From the NCBI GenBank assembly GCA_044229145.1, contig JBGATO010000071.1:1-21166 (forward strand): 21,166 nucleotides of DNA, written 5' to 3'. The notes beneath the pieces were generated by a model that was given only the letters and a program-made list of their open reading frames with translations, did no database searches and was not told the DNA's origin. Numbering within the stretch: the stretch's first letter is position 1; each line of letters begins with the position of its first letter. The stretch comes from Candidatus Eiseniibacteriota bacterium. GTDB lineage: Bacteria; Eisenbacteria; RBG-16-71-46; CAZEPH01. Of this stretch, positions 9,177-18,108 are shown one piece after another. Both the position numbers and the translations under genes were made by a program.

Positions 9177-9188
9177 TCGGTGAGTGTG

Positions 9189-10571
9189 TTAGGTGGTCTG
9201 CACGCGGACGATGCCCTCGGGGTACAGCACCGAGACGCCCACGAGCATGTCGAGACGCATGATGAACTGGTCGGTGAGACCGTTGTTGAAGGTGGCGAAC
9301 CGGAGCGACAAACCGCTGCGGTCGTCGGTGGCCGTGGCCGACTTGCCGTAGTTCACGTAATCCGGCAGGGCGACACACGCGACACCCACGGAGTCCGGGT
9401 GCCACACCATCGACAGGTTGGTGGTCTTGCTGGCGTAGGTCGTGGCGTGGACCGACCACACGTAGATGCGGGCATTGTCCGCCGGCAGCGCCGTGACGTT
9501 CTGCAATTCCGCGCCCGCCAACGTGGTGGTCGCCGAGTAGTAGATCGTCGGGCTGATGCTGATGGTCATGTTGCCGCTGCCGTCCGCCGTCGCGTCCGCC
9601 GTCACCACGAACTGCTTGAGTTCGCCCGTGGTCGTGCGGGTCAACGGGTTCACGGCGTACACGCCACCGCTCGCGGAGGCCGTGCCGCCGAACGCGATCA
9701 CGTCACCCGCCTTCAGGGTCGCACCCGCCGTCCAGCCATCCGTAACCACCGACGACGCACCCGAGGACACCGCGCCATTCACGAGAGCCGCGGTGGCGCC
9801 CGCGAACGTACCGGTCGTGTGCACCGGCGTGTTCTGCGACATGAACCACTTCATGCCGTAGGCGGTCGAGATGAGACCGTTGGTGAAGATCGGACCCATC
9901 TCGCTGTATGCGGGCGGGCTGATGAACTGGTTGGTACCCGTCGCGCCGACGGTGAGTTGGTTCTTGAGTTCGACGTTGACGTTGGGGTCAATCGCCGCCA
10001 CGCGCCCATCGGACGAGAAGCCGTAGACGTCGAGGAGACGGTTGGCCGCGTTGAACGCCTTCATCGCGCTCGTGGTGCTGCTCGCCGTCAGCGCCGTGCC
10101 CGGCGTCGGCGAATACAGAGACACATTCGTGGTGTCCGTGACCGTGCCGCCCGCACCGACCGAGTTGCCCGCGCCCTGGTACATCGCGGTGGCGATGGTC
10201 TGCTCGAACTGGTTCACGAGCTGATCCACCGCCGGCTTCAGGTACCGCTCGTCGGCCTCGTCAAACGACAACAGGTAGTCGCTGGACGGGATGGCGATCG
10301 GCACAACGAAGCGCTGGTTGAGCGTCAACGCCACCGGCGCCGGGTCGGTGTAGTCCTCGATGGTGCTGGTGATGTCCGCCGAGGTCTGCACCGTGTAGCG
10401 CGGGGGCTTCCGGATGTAGAAGGTGTCGCCGATCTTGCGCTTACGCTGCCCGTACTGGTCGTCCCAGTCGCGGGTCACGTTGCCCGCGAAGACGACCTTG
10501 TTCATGAGGCGCTCCAGGCAACGGTTGGCGACCGCGCCATAGCCCTTATAGGTAACGAATGAGTTTGCCAC
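9189..10571 (-). CDS. Major capsid protein, P22 coat (gp5) family
   Basis: MANSF...RDWDDQY...KIGDTFYIRKPPRY, ERYLKPAVDQL, TLKAGDVI.F.GVYAVNPLTR...LKQFVVTAD and RLDMLVG motifs. AAGGGGAG RBS with GTG start. Confidence 0.95.
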   Translation of the reverse strand: MANSFVTYKGYGAVANRCLERLMNKVVFAGNVTRDWDDQYGQRKRKIGDTFYIRKPPRYTVQTSADITSTIEDYTDPAPVALTLNQRFVVPIAIPSSDYLLSFDEADERYLKPAVDQLVNQFEQTIATAMYQGAGNSVGAGGTVTDTTNVSLYSPTPGTALTASSTTSAMKAFNAANRLLDVYGFSSDGRVAAIDPNVNVELKNQLTVGATGTNQFISPPAYSEMGPIFTNGLISTAYGMKWFMSQNTPVHTTGTFAGATAALVNGAVSSGASSVVTDGWTAGATLKAGDVIAFGGTASASGGVYAVNPLTRTTTGELKQFVVTADATADGSGNMTISISPTIYYSATTTLAGAELQNVTALPADNARIYVWSVHATTYASKTTNLSMVWHPDSVGVACVALPDYVNYGKSATATDDRSGLSLRFATFNNGLTDQFIMRLDMLVGVSVLYPEGIVRVQTT

Positions 10572-10587
10572 TGCTGGTCACTCCCCT

Positions 10588-11688
10588 TTACAGGGAGCGG
10601 CGCGTGTGCAGTCCCTCGTGCTTCATCCAGGTGCGGAAGTCGTCGCCGTTAAACTGCGTCTTCGACTCCCACATCGCCGGATCGTAGCCCCCGCTTCCCT
10701 GACCGGGAGAGACAGGCGCCAACGGCTCGGGGGCGCGGCTCGCGCGCGCTCCGGTCTGCGTTGAAGGGGCAGGCGCTTTCGACGCCTCCCACGGCTTCTG
10801 TCCTTCCACGCGACCGAGAACGCGCTGCCACAACCCCTGCGCGGCGACGGCGAGAGCGCGAGCGGTGTCCAAGTCTCCGGCATGGCGGGCCATGTCGGAT
10901 CGCTGCATCAGCGACGACACCTGCCCCAAGTCAGCCGGGTGCTCTCGGATGATCGCGCGCAGGACCGCCGCCCCGTGCGCGTGCTCGCCCAATTCGACCA
11001 ACGCCGGCAACGGAAGCGGAGGCAAGTCCACCTGCGTCACCGTGTCGTCCCAGTCCGCGAACTGCTGGCGGCCCTCGGCGGCCAAGCGCTGTGCGGCGGT
11101 CTGGGTGTGCTGCTGGAACTGCTGCTGCTGCTGTGCGGCCTCGCGGGCGGCCTGCTCCTGCCGGAGCGCCTGCACCGCGTCCTGCGTCGCCTGCCACCGG
11201 ATGAACGCGAACGGGTCGTCCGCCGCCTCAGGGTGCTGCGCGTAGAACTGCTCCTCCGTCATCTGCCCGGCGCCTAGGATCGGCGGCGGGGCCACCGGCT
11301 GCGGCTCACGCGGCGCTCCCTGCTGCTGCAGCGCGCGCAGATAGCCTTGCATTTCGGCTAACTGCTGCTCGGTGCGCAGACGCGCGGCGCGCTCGGCCTG
11401 GATGGCTTCCTTGTACCGCTGCGAGCGCGTCTTAGGCTTGCGCGGCTCGTCGGACGGCTCCTCGGGTGCGTCGTCGTCCTCCGCGTCGTCTGCGGCGCTC
11501 TCCGGTGCCTCTGCGGGCGTCTCCGCGTCCGCGTCGGCGGGCGTCTCCGGCGCCGGGGCCGCGGGCGTCGTCTCGGGCGCCTCCGGCTCCCGCGTCGGCT
11601 GCGCGCCCGGCGTGGTCACGCCCTCGCTCGGCTGCACGAACGACTGCGTGGCGTCCGTGCCCTGGGATTCCGTGGTGATGATGGCCAT
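10588..11688 (-). CDS. Putative capsid scaffolding protein
   Basis: Located between portal and coat genes. Acidic Pro-rich N-terminus, Gln-rich coiled coil, and C-terminal SRAPEPLAPV motif. Confidence 0.8.
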   Translation of the reverse strand: MAIITTESQGTDATQSFVQPSEGVTTPGAQPTREPEAPETTPAAPAPETPADADAETPAEAPESAADDAEDDDAPEEPSDEPRKPKTRSQRYKEAIQAERAARLRTEQQLAEMQGYLRALQQQGAPREPQPVAPPPILGAGQMTEEQFYAQHPEAADDPFAFIRWQATQDAVQALRQEQAAREAAQQQQQFQQHTQTAAQRLAAEGRQQFADWDDTVTQVDLPPLPLPALVELGEHAHGAAVLRAIIREHPADLGQVSSLMQRSDMARHAGDLDTARALAVAAQGLWQRVLGRVEGQKPWEASKAPAPSTQTGARASRAPEPLAPVSPGQGSGGYDPAMWESKTQFNGDDFRTWMKHEGLHTRRSL

Positions 11689-11691
11689 GTG

Positions 11692-13947
11692 CTACATCCC
11701 TCCTGCTGCCGCCGACGCGGCCATGCGCGGATCAGGGGCGGGCATCGGCGGGGCGGCCATCGGCGACGGCGGCCCTTGCGGCCCCATCGTGTACGGCGCG
11801 CCCTGCGGCATCCCGCTACGGTCCTCGTACTGCTCGTGCTCCTGCGCTTCGTGGTGTCGGATCGCGTCCATCTCGTGCTCAAGGAGCGTGCTGTTGGTGG
11901 TGATGCCTGCCTTTTCGGCGTCACCTAGGGCGCGCACCTGCGCGTCCAGGTAGCCCTTCTCGCGGTCCCACGCCAGACGCGCCCAGTCCAACTCCAGGCC
12001 CTGATGCTTCAACTGGAGTTCGGCCGCCTTGTAGGCTTCGCCCGCCTGCAGCGCCTGGATCTGCTGCTGCATCGCGGCCATCTGCTGCTGCATCTGCTGG
12101 ACGTGCGGATCCTGGCTGTTGTCCTGCACCACGCCTGGCGGCAGCGTGCGCTTGATGCGCTCGGCCATCTCGGCGCTGTACGGAATGTCGAGCGCGCGCA
12201 CGCCCAAGTCGCTGATGACGGCCGCCTGTTGCGGTGGCAGGTTCTTCATCAGGTTGAGCGTCGCGTCCGCCGTCTCTTGCCGCTTCGTCTGGTAGCTCGG
12301 GCCGCTGGACAGCACCACGTCGAAACCGGTCTGCGTGAGGTCGAGCGTCGTCTGCTCGCCCTGGTGCTCGGTCGGCGCGTTGACGGTCACGGTCTGCGGG
12401 CTGTCGTCCTCGCCGATGATCCGCAGCACGCGCGGCGTGTCGTACACGCGCGGCCCCGCGTCGAGGATCACGCGGCCGATGTGGCGCTCGCTGTTCTGCA
12501 AGTTGTCCACGATGTGGAACCACGTCGTCTGCGCCATCTGCGCCCGGCGCTGGATCGCGATCCCGCTCGTCTCGTTGCTGCGCTGGCCCATCCCGGCGTC
12601 GGGGATGCCCATCTGCTTGAGTTCGTCGGCAGCGGCCATGACCAACTGCATCACCGCCTGAATCGGCGGCTCGCCGAAGTTGCGCTGCGGCGGCGGCGCC
12701 GGGTTGCCGTGCTTGTCGTACACGACATCGTAGGCGAGGTACGCGGGCGTCGTCGTGTTCAACTGCGCCCAGTTCGGGTCGCTCTCGAACGCGCCCACCG
12801 GGCCGATGAACGGAGCCTTCGGGGCGAGCGCGACGTTCTCCACCGCGCCGGCGAGGGCGTAGTTGAGGATGCGCTGCGCGTCCTTGAGGCCGCGGACGAT
12901 GCCCTGATAGTCCACGCGCCCGTTGATCTCGACTTCGAGCCCGCACACGCGCACCACGGGGATGTACTGCCCCGGCCATTCCGTGCGGCCGAGAATCTCG
13001 TCTGCGGTGAGCTGGTAGTGCATCACGACCGGGATGCGCGTCTGCCGCTGCACCGGCGTGCCGTCCGGTCCCTGCACCACCGGGCTGCGGCTCTCTCCCG
13101 TCAGCGGGTCGAGCACGTCCGGCGGCGGCGTGCGGCTCGTCACGACGCTCTGCTCGCCCGTCTCGGGGTCTTGCACGAGCGACACCCAGGCGTCGTGATA
13201 CTCGCGGACGTAGTAGTCCGCCACGCGCACACCATCGCTCCGCACCCAGTCGGGCAACTCATTGCCGGGGGACGCCGTGCTCCAGGTCGTGCCCTCGGCG
13301 GGCTTGCTGTGCTTGCTGTCCGGGTAGCGCGTGCGGAACGCGGGCCACGTCATGTCGCTCAGCACGAAACACCACTCGGCATCGCTGCCGTCTTGCTTCT
13401 GCGCGCCGGGGTCCATGTACACGGCGTACGGGTTCCGGATGCGCTCGATGCGGATCACTTGGTCGAGCGAGGTGGCCGACTCGTAGGCCGTGCTGAGGCG
13501 GATGTAGCCCTTGCCGTCCGTCGCCGCGCAGAACGCGGCCGTGTCGTAGGCGACCGCCGCATCGCTGTCATACTCGATGTGCCGGATGAGACCCTGCCAC
13601 ACCTCCGCGACCTTCACGTCCGCATTGCCGACTGGCGACACCAACAGCATTGGCGTGCTCTGCCGCACGTCGTTGGTCAGTTGCAGCAGCATCGGCTTGA
13701 TGCGGTTCACGGTCAGGACCGGGCGCCCTTCGCGCTGCCGCTTGTCGGCGGTGATCGGATCCCACTGCACCTCAGTCAGCGCGAAGGTGCGGTCTTCCAG
13801 CGCCTTGGCCCGCCACGGCGATTCGGCGGACTCGGCCCAGCCAAAGCGCTCCTGCGCTTCGCTCAGGATCGCGTCATCCGTGCGGAAGCCCGACGCCTCC
13901 TGCGCGTCGTTCTCCTCCGGCGCCGACTGCGTGACGAGGCGCGCCAT
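11692..13947 (-). CDS. Portal protein, P22-like
   Basis: 751 aa with QWD...GRPVLTVNRI, IRHIEYDSDA..AYD, WPGQYIPVV, GIVRGLKDAQR, SNETSGIAIQRR and GPSYQTKRQE motifs, and a Gln-rich C-terminal barrel region. Confidence 0.95.
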   Translation of the reverse strand: MARLVTQSAPEENDAQEASGFRTDDAILSEAQERFGWAESAESPWRAKALEDRTFALTEVQWDPITADKRQREGRPVLTVNRIKPMLLQLTNDVRQSTPMLLVSPVGNADVKVAEVWQGLIRHIEYDSDAAVAYDTAAFCAATDGKGYIRLSTAYESATSLDQVIRIERIRNPYAVYMDPGAQKQDGSDAEWCFVLSDMTWPAFRTRYPDSKHSKPAEGTTWSTASPGNELPDWVRSDGVRVADYYVREYHDAWVSLVQDPETGEQSVVTSRTPPPDVLDPLTGESRSPVVQGPDGTPVQRQTRIPVVMHYQLTADEILGRTEWPGQYIPVVRVCGLEVEINGRVDYQGIVRGLKDAQRILNYALAGAVENVALAPKAPFIGPVGAFESDPNWAQLNTTTPAYLAYDVVYDKHGNPAPPPQRNFGEPPIQAVMQLVMAAADELKQMGIPDAGMGQRSNETSGIAIQRRAQMAQTTWFHIVDNLQNSERHIGRVILDAGPRVYDTPRVLRIIGEDDSPQTVTVNAPTEHQGEQTTLDLTQTGFDVVLSSGPSYQTKRQETADATLNLMKNLPPQQAAVISDLGVRALDIPYSAEMAERIKRTLPPGVVQDNSQDPHVQQMQQQMAAMQQQIQALQAGEAYKAAELQLKHQGLELDWARLAWDREKGYLDAQVRALGDAEKAGITTNSTLLEHEMDAIRHHEAQEHEQYEDRSGMPQGAPYTMGPQGPPSPMAAPPMPAPDPRMAASAAAGGM

Positions 13948-13950
13948 ACG

Positions 13951-14499
13951 CTAGAGCGCCAGCACCGGGGCGCTGCTCGCCTGAATCGCGGACGTGGTGT
14001 ACAACCGCCCCGCGCCGCTGTTGTAGGTGAAGCCGTCCGCACTCCCCGCCGACAGCGACACACTCACGCTCGCGGCAATCGCCGTCGCGTTCTTGAACAC
14101 CAGGCCCGCCAAGCCGGTGGTCACATTCCCGACCGCACGGTGAATCGACAGCGAGAACGACTGCGCCGACGCGCTGGCCGCCAAGGATCCCGCCGCGAAG
14201 AACAGCCCCGCGTTCTGCATGACGCGCTCGCCGCCCGTGCCGCCGTTGATGACGGTGATCGCCCACGGGGCGCTCGTCCCTGTCGTCCCGTCCGGATAGG
14301 TCCACGTGAGATACGCATTGACGCACCCGTGCGTCGCGTCTGACGTGGCGCTGGCGTTCGTGATGTTGAACGTCAGGTCCACATGGTCGAACGCGGGGGA
14401 GAGTGTGATGGACGGCAGCGCCAGCGTGCCATTCGCCGCCACGACGGTTGCGGGCGTGCCGTAACTGACAATCGGCTGCGCTTGGATCAGGTCATACAT
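13951..14499 (-). CDS. Hypothetical protein, probable virion beta-sandwich protein
   Basis: Clean 182-aa ORF with GGAGAG RBS; Ala/Thr/Ser-rich; packed between neighbouring genes. Confidence 0.8.
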   Translation of the reverse strand: MYDLIQAQPIVSYGTPATVVAANGTLALPSITLSPAFDHVDLTFNITNASATSDATHGCVNAYLTWTYPDGTTGTSAPWAITVINGGTGGERVMQNAGLFFAAGSLAASASAQSFSLSIHRAVGNVTTGLAGLVFKNATAIAASVSVSLSAGSADGFTYNSGAGRLYTTSAIQASSAPVLAL

Positions 14500-14502
14500 G
14501 CG

Positions 14503-14805
14503 CTACTCTCCTTCCGGGGCTGCCATGTAGCCCGCCGCCACCAGCGCGTCGCGCAGGCTTGCGGCGGTCGGGGTGGCGTCGTAGGGGATCGGAGCGGCAG
14601 GCACTTGGAAGTCCGCGAGGCGCACCCCCTGCGCCTCGATGCCGCCGACGCCGGTGAGGTCTTGCCCCACCGTGAACACGACCGGCGCATCCAGCACGAG
14701 CGGCTGCGTGACATGCAGCGATCCAGCGAGCACGAGCGCGTCCGGCTCGCCGTCAATCTGCGTCAGCGTCCAACCGTGGTCCGTGTGCGTCAGTTGCGTC
14801 GCCAT
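14503..14805 (-). CDS. Hypothetical protein with a head-fibre-like C-terminal helix
   Basis: Start reassigned to MATQLTHT at 14805 (TAATG overlap). Ends AASLRDALVAAGYMAA. Confidence 0.7.
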   Translation of the reverse strand: MATQLTHTDHGWTLTQIDGEPDALVLAGSLHVTQPLVLDAPVVFTVGQDLTGVGGIEAQGVRLADFQVPAAPIPYDATPTAASLRDALVAAGYMAAPEGE

Positions 14806-15617
14806 TAGGTCGCCACCAATCCCAGCGCCTGGAGCGCGGCGATGACATCGGCAAGCGTGACAGGCGCAGCAGGCTGCGTGACCGGCGTGGCCGCCTTCGT
14901 GAAGAATCCCGCTTGTGTGGCGTTGGCGGCGAAGGTGGCACACCCAAATCCCGCCGCCGACACCACGCCGCCCGTCACGTCGAAGTCGCCATTGTCCGTG
15001 AACTCCCCCGCCACGACCGTGCCGACACCAAAGTTGGCGCTGGCGCCCGAGACGCTCCCCGCCCCCGCGTCCAGCGACGTGCAGGTGATCGCGCCCGCCT
15101 GCACCTTGCACGCGCCCTGCCCGTCCGCCGTGCTGCTGAGGATGAGCGTGTCGGTAGCGTCGTTGGTCAGTTGGACATCGTGCGCGGCGACGCCAGTCGA
15201 GATGGTGAGCGTTTCCACCGTCTCCGTTGTCAGCACTTCCCCGCCAACGGTCAGGATGCCGCTAATCGTACCGCTATCGGCGACGATCTCCTCGGCCCAC
15301 ACCGCCTGCGGCGTGCCTTGGCTCGTCGTGAAGGTCACGCCCGCAATGCCCGCCGTGACTTCAAGGATCAGCGGCTGCAGCGCAGTGCGCGTCTGCGGCG
15401 CGGTCAGCGGATTCGACGGTGTGCCGAACGCATAACTCCAGGTTGCCGTTTCGTTCTCGACGCTCGGCTGTCCGGCCAGCGTCGAGCGGAACACTGCGTC
15501 CGTGCCGAACGCCGTCATCGTGATCGCCATGCCAGTCGGCACCGCGTAGTAGCGCGTTTCCCCCGCGCCCAGCGTGGCCCCGTAGCCGTTGGTGATGCCC
15601 TGCACCGCAATCGCCAC
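14805..15617 (-). CDS. Putative head fibre/decoration protein (270 aa)
   Basis: GGAGG RBS with GTG start. Thr/Gly/Ala-rich beta repeats; C-terminus GFFTKAATPVTQPAAPVTLADVIAALQALGLV. Confidence 0.7.
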   Translation of the reverse strand: MAIAVQGITNGYGATLGAGETRYYAVPTGMAITMTAFGTDAVFRSTLAGQPSVENETATWSYAFGTPSNPLTAPQTRTALQPLILEVTAGIAGVTFTTSQGTPQAVWAEEIVADSGTISGILTVGGEVLTTETVETLTISTGVAAHDVQLTNDATDTLILSSTADGQGACKVQAGAITCTSLDAGAGSVSGASANFGVGTVVAGEFTDNGDFDVTGGVVSAAGFGCATFAANATQAGFFTKAATPVTQPAAPVTLADVIAALQALGLVAT

Positions 15618-15621
15618 TTCG

Positions 15622-17058
15622 CTAGCCTCCCATCCACGCGGCAGCGGCAGCCCGGCCCGCGCCGATCATGTCGTCCTCGGTCACGGTCGGGCGCTTACGC
15701 GTCTCCTCGCGCTTCCGTGCCTCCGCGTAGCCCTGCACGCGGTCCTTCAGGTCATGCGCCGCCATCGCGAGCGCCATCACGCTGTCTTGCACGAGCGCCT
15801 TGTCGTCCCAGCGGTACAGCGCGTGCTCAGCCCAGAGCGACTCGATGCCGTGCCCCGTCGCCGGCCCACGAATCGCCGCGCGTTCGGCAGCGAGGATCAG
15901 CGCCATCACCGCGTCGCGCTTGGTCTGCGCCGTGAACACGAACGGCGACGCGGCGTGCAGCGGGATGTCGAAGAAGTCCCCGACCGGATCGCCCACACCC
16001 GTCGCGTCCCAGCGCGTCACACTGGCGCATCCGGCGCCGCTATAGGCGGCGTGACGCTGGCTGACGCGGGCGCCGACTTCCGGCCAGGGAATGAAGCGGA
16101 ACCGCTCGTACGCGACGATCTGCGCGGGCAGGAGACTCACATCGAGCGTGATGCCGACCGTCCAGTCGCGCTTGCGGGCGAGATCCCAGACGTGCAGGTA
16201 CTGATGCCCCGGGATCGCGGCGGCAAAGCCCGTCGCGCCGTCCTGCATTGCGGTGAGCGCGCCCGGCTGGAACAGCGCCAGTTCGTCCGCCGGCAAGTCC
16301 CACGAGCCGGTCATGAGCGCGGCGCGCTTGAGCGGGTCGGTAATGCGGGCCAAGTTGCCCAGGTAGTCGGCGCCTAGGTGCGTGTTGTCGCTGTGCAGCG
16401 ACGGTACATACGCCAGCGGGACCGGGTGCGGGTTGCTCTCGCTCGGGTCCGGCGTCCAGGCGGTGTCCTGCTCCTGCTGGCCCGCGAGAACCGGGGCGAC
16501 GAAGCGTTGCTTCAGCCACTCGAATCCGACGCCCATCGGGTTCGCCGTGAACAGCATCTGCGTGCGGAGCGCCGGGTTGGTCGTGCGGAGACGGCTGAAC
16601 AGGTAGGACACTTCCGACTCGCGCCAGTCGGCCGCCTCGTCGATGCCGATGGTGTCGTACTCCGCGCCCTGCTGCTTCAGGACGTCAGCTTCGGTCTCGG
16701 CGTAGGCGACGCTGAACACGCTGCCGTTGGTGTAGCGGATTTGCCGCGCGCTCTCGGAGTAGGTGCAGACCTGCGGCAGTTCGGCCGCGAGCTTGCGCAT
16801 CAGTGGCACGATCTCGCTCGAGAGCTGCGGGAAGGTGCGGCGGAAGATCACGACTTTGCGGCCGTCGGCCCACAGGCAGCGGCTGTGCATCTCCTGCACC
16901 AGCCAATGCGACTTGCCGCCGCCCGCGGCGCCGCCGTAGAGCAACTCGCCGGGCAGGTTCGGGTGCGCGGCGTCCTGGATGCCGAGGCGCAGGAGCTTGT
17001 GCGCGACGATCTGGCGCGGGAGGGGTTCGTAGGCGAGTTCGGCGGTCTGGGTGGTCAT
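15622..17058 (-). CDS. terL: Terminase large subunit
   Basis: Start at MTTQTAELAYEPLPRQ (17058, ATGA overlap). Walker A GGAAGGGKS, Walker B TIGIDEA, TANP coupling motif, and nuclease acidic residues in WDLARKRDWT, WDATGVGD and QDSVMALA. Confidence 0.95.
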   Translation of the reverse strand: MTTQTAELAYEPLPRQIVAHKLLRLGIQDAAHPNLPGELLYGGAAGGGKSHWLVQEMHSRCLWADGRKVVIFRRTFPQLSSEIVPLMRKLAAELPQVCTYSESARQIRYTNGSVFSVAYAETEADVLKQQGAEYDTIGIDEAADWRESEVSYLFSRLRTTNPALRTQMLFTANPMGVGFEWLKQRFVAPVLAGQQEQDTAWTPDPSESNPHPVPLAYVPSLHSDNTHLGADYLGNLARITDPLKRAALMTGSWDLPADELALFQPGALTAMQDGATGFAAAIPGHQYLHVWDLARKRDWTVGITLDVSLLPAQIVAYERFRFIPWPEVGARVSQRHAAYSGAGCASVTRWDATGVGDPVGDFFDIPLHAASPFVFTAQTKRDAVMALILAAERAAIRGPATGHGIESLWAEHALYRWDDKALVQDSVMALAMAAHDLKDRVQGYAEARKREETRKRPTVTEDDMIGAGRAAAAAWMGG

Positions 17059-17324
17059 GCGCCGTGCTCCGCCGCAATCGAATCGGCCGCCGCCGCAAGG
17101 CGCGCCACCTGGTCCGCGAGCGGGATGTCCGTGCGCGTGGTCCACATCGCGTCCGTCAGCAGCGACAGCGACGACGCGATGGGCTTGTCGTCGAAATCCA
17201 CCGCGTCCGCGATCCGCTCCAACGCCACTGCACAACGCGTCAGCGCGCCTAGGAGCGCCGATTCGGGTGCAGTGGATACCGTGGCATGGGTCGGGGACGG
17301 ATCGTGCGTCAGCGGGGCGCTCAT
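17055..17324 (-). CDS. Hypothetical protein (89 aa) between the terminase subunits
   Basis: ATGA overlaps at both ends; helical sequence including VALERIADA. Confidence 0.7.
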   Translation of the reverse strand: MSAPLTHDPSPTHATVSTAPESALLGALTRCAVALERIADAVDFDDKPIASSLSLLTDAMWTTRTDIPLADQVARLAAAADSIAAEHGA

Positions 17325-17642
17325 GGCGTCACGTCCACATCAAGCACGGCGGCGAGGCGGGAGACGATCTGCAAGCGCAGCGGGCCGCCGTCGCTGTCGC
17401 CCTGGAGCACTTTGCGCGGCCTTGCCGAAGGCGCGGTCGGCCAGCCAGTTCACGGCCTTGAGGCGCGTGTCGTCGTCGTCGCTTTCGGCGAGGACGCGGA
17501 AGCATTCGTCGGCGAGCGTTTGCCGCCCTTGGACTTGTCGCGGATATAGGCGGCGAGGCCATCGTCCTTGGGCCGTCCGCCGGGATCAGACTGCCCTTTC
17601 TGCCAGCGCCCTGCGTGGGCTTGATCCAGGCGTCTCGCTCAC
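17321..17642 (-). pseudogene. Terminase small subunit-like protein (DUF5681-type), frameshifted
   Basis: Manual translation across frames gives GRWQKGQS-DPGGRPKDDGLAAYIRDKSKGG / TLADECFRVL...TRLKAVNWLADRAFGKAAQ / VLQGDSDGGPLRLQIVS...*. This resembles the KGQSGNPGGRPK and LDRxxGKP motifs. Located upstream of terL; start approximate. Confidence 0.75.
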
Positions 17643-17659
17643 GCCTTGCGTATCGATGC

Positions 17660-17917
17660 GGGAGGTGGGGACTTGACTGGCCATATACCCGGCCGCTGGG
17701 TTTCCTCTTGACTTTCAGCCAACGCCGCCCGATGCGCGTAGGGCCAGGCGTGAGCGCCCGGCGCACGACGATCTGCACGCGGATCTGCTGCGCCCGCTGC
17801 TTCGAGACGCCCAGGTGCGCAACGATCTCGGCGACGTCGGCGGCTGGCCGTGCTGGGCGGTGTAGGCGGCGACAAGGTCAGCGCGGCGTGCTGGCGCGGG
17901 GTGGGGAGGCGGATCAT
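17660..17917 (-). pseudogene. LexA N-terminal-like winged HTH protein, frameshifted
   Basis: Across frames: MIRLPTPRQHAAL / DLVAAYTAQHGQPPT / VAEIVAHLGVSKQRAQQI, resembling LTxRQxEIL...HGYPPTVREI. End coordinate approximate. Confidence 0.65.
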
Positions 17918-18108
17918 CGGGCGGCCTTGTCGTTGTAGGTCGCGGCGCGTGTTGCATAGACTCGCGTCCCCGCATGGCGCGGCGAATGTGAGGCGGCGAC
18001 GAACCCATCCCGATGGATGTTCCAAGCGAATGTGCCCCGTATGGGATTGCCGCACCGCGCGGCAAACTCTTTCGCCAATCAGCTCAGGCCCGGGCACATC
18101 TTGGTCAT
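17914..18108 (-). pseudogene. Small HicA-like (dsRBD-fold) protein, frameshifted
   Basis: ATG at 18108 overlaps the presumed helicase stop. Fragment RQSHTGHIRLEHPSGW...CGDASLCNTRRDLQR resembles the phage HicA-like GHxxxxHPxG...TPSDxRxxxNxRxxLRR pattern. Confidence 0.4.

Noticed and set aside
11100..12100. (CTG)n runs in the scaffold and portal genes
   Set aside because: They encode ordinary Gln-rich coiled-coil segments typical of these proteins.
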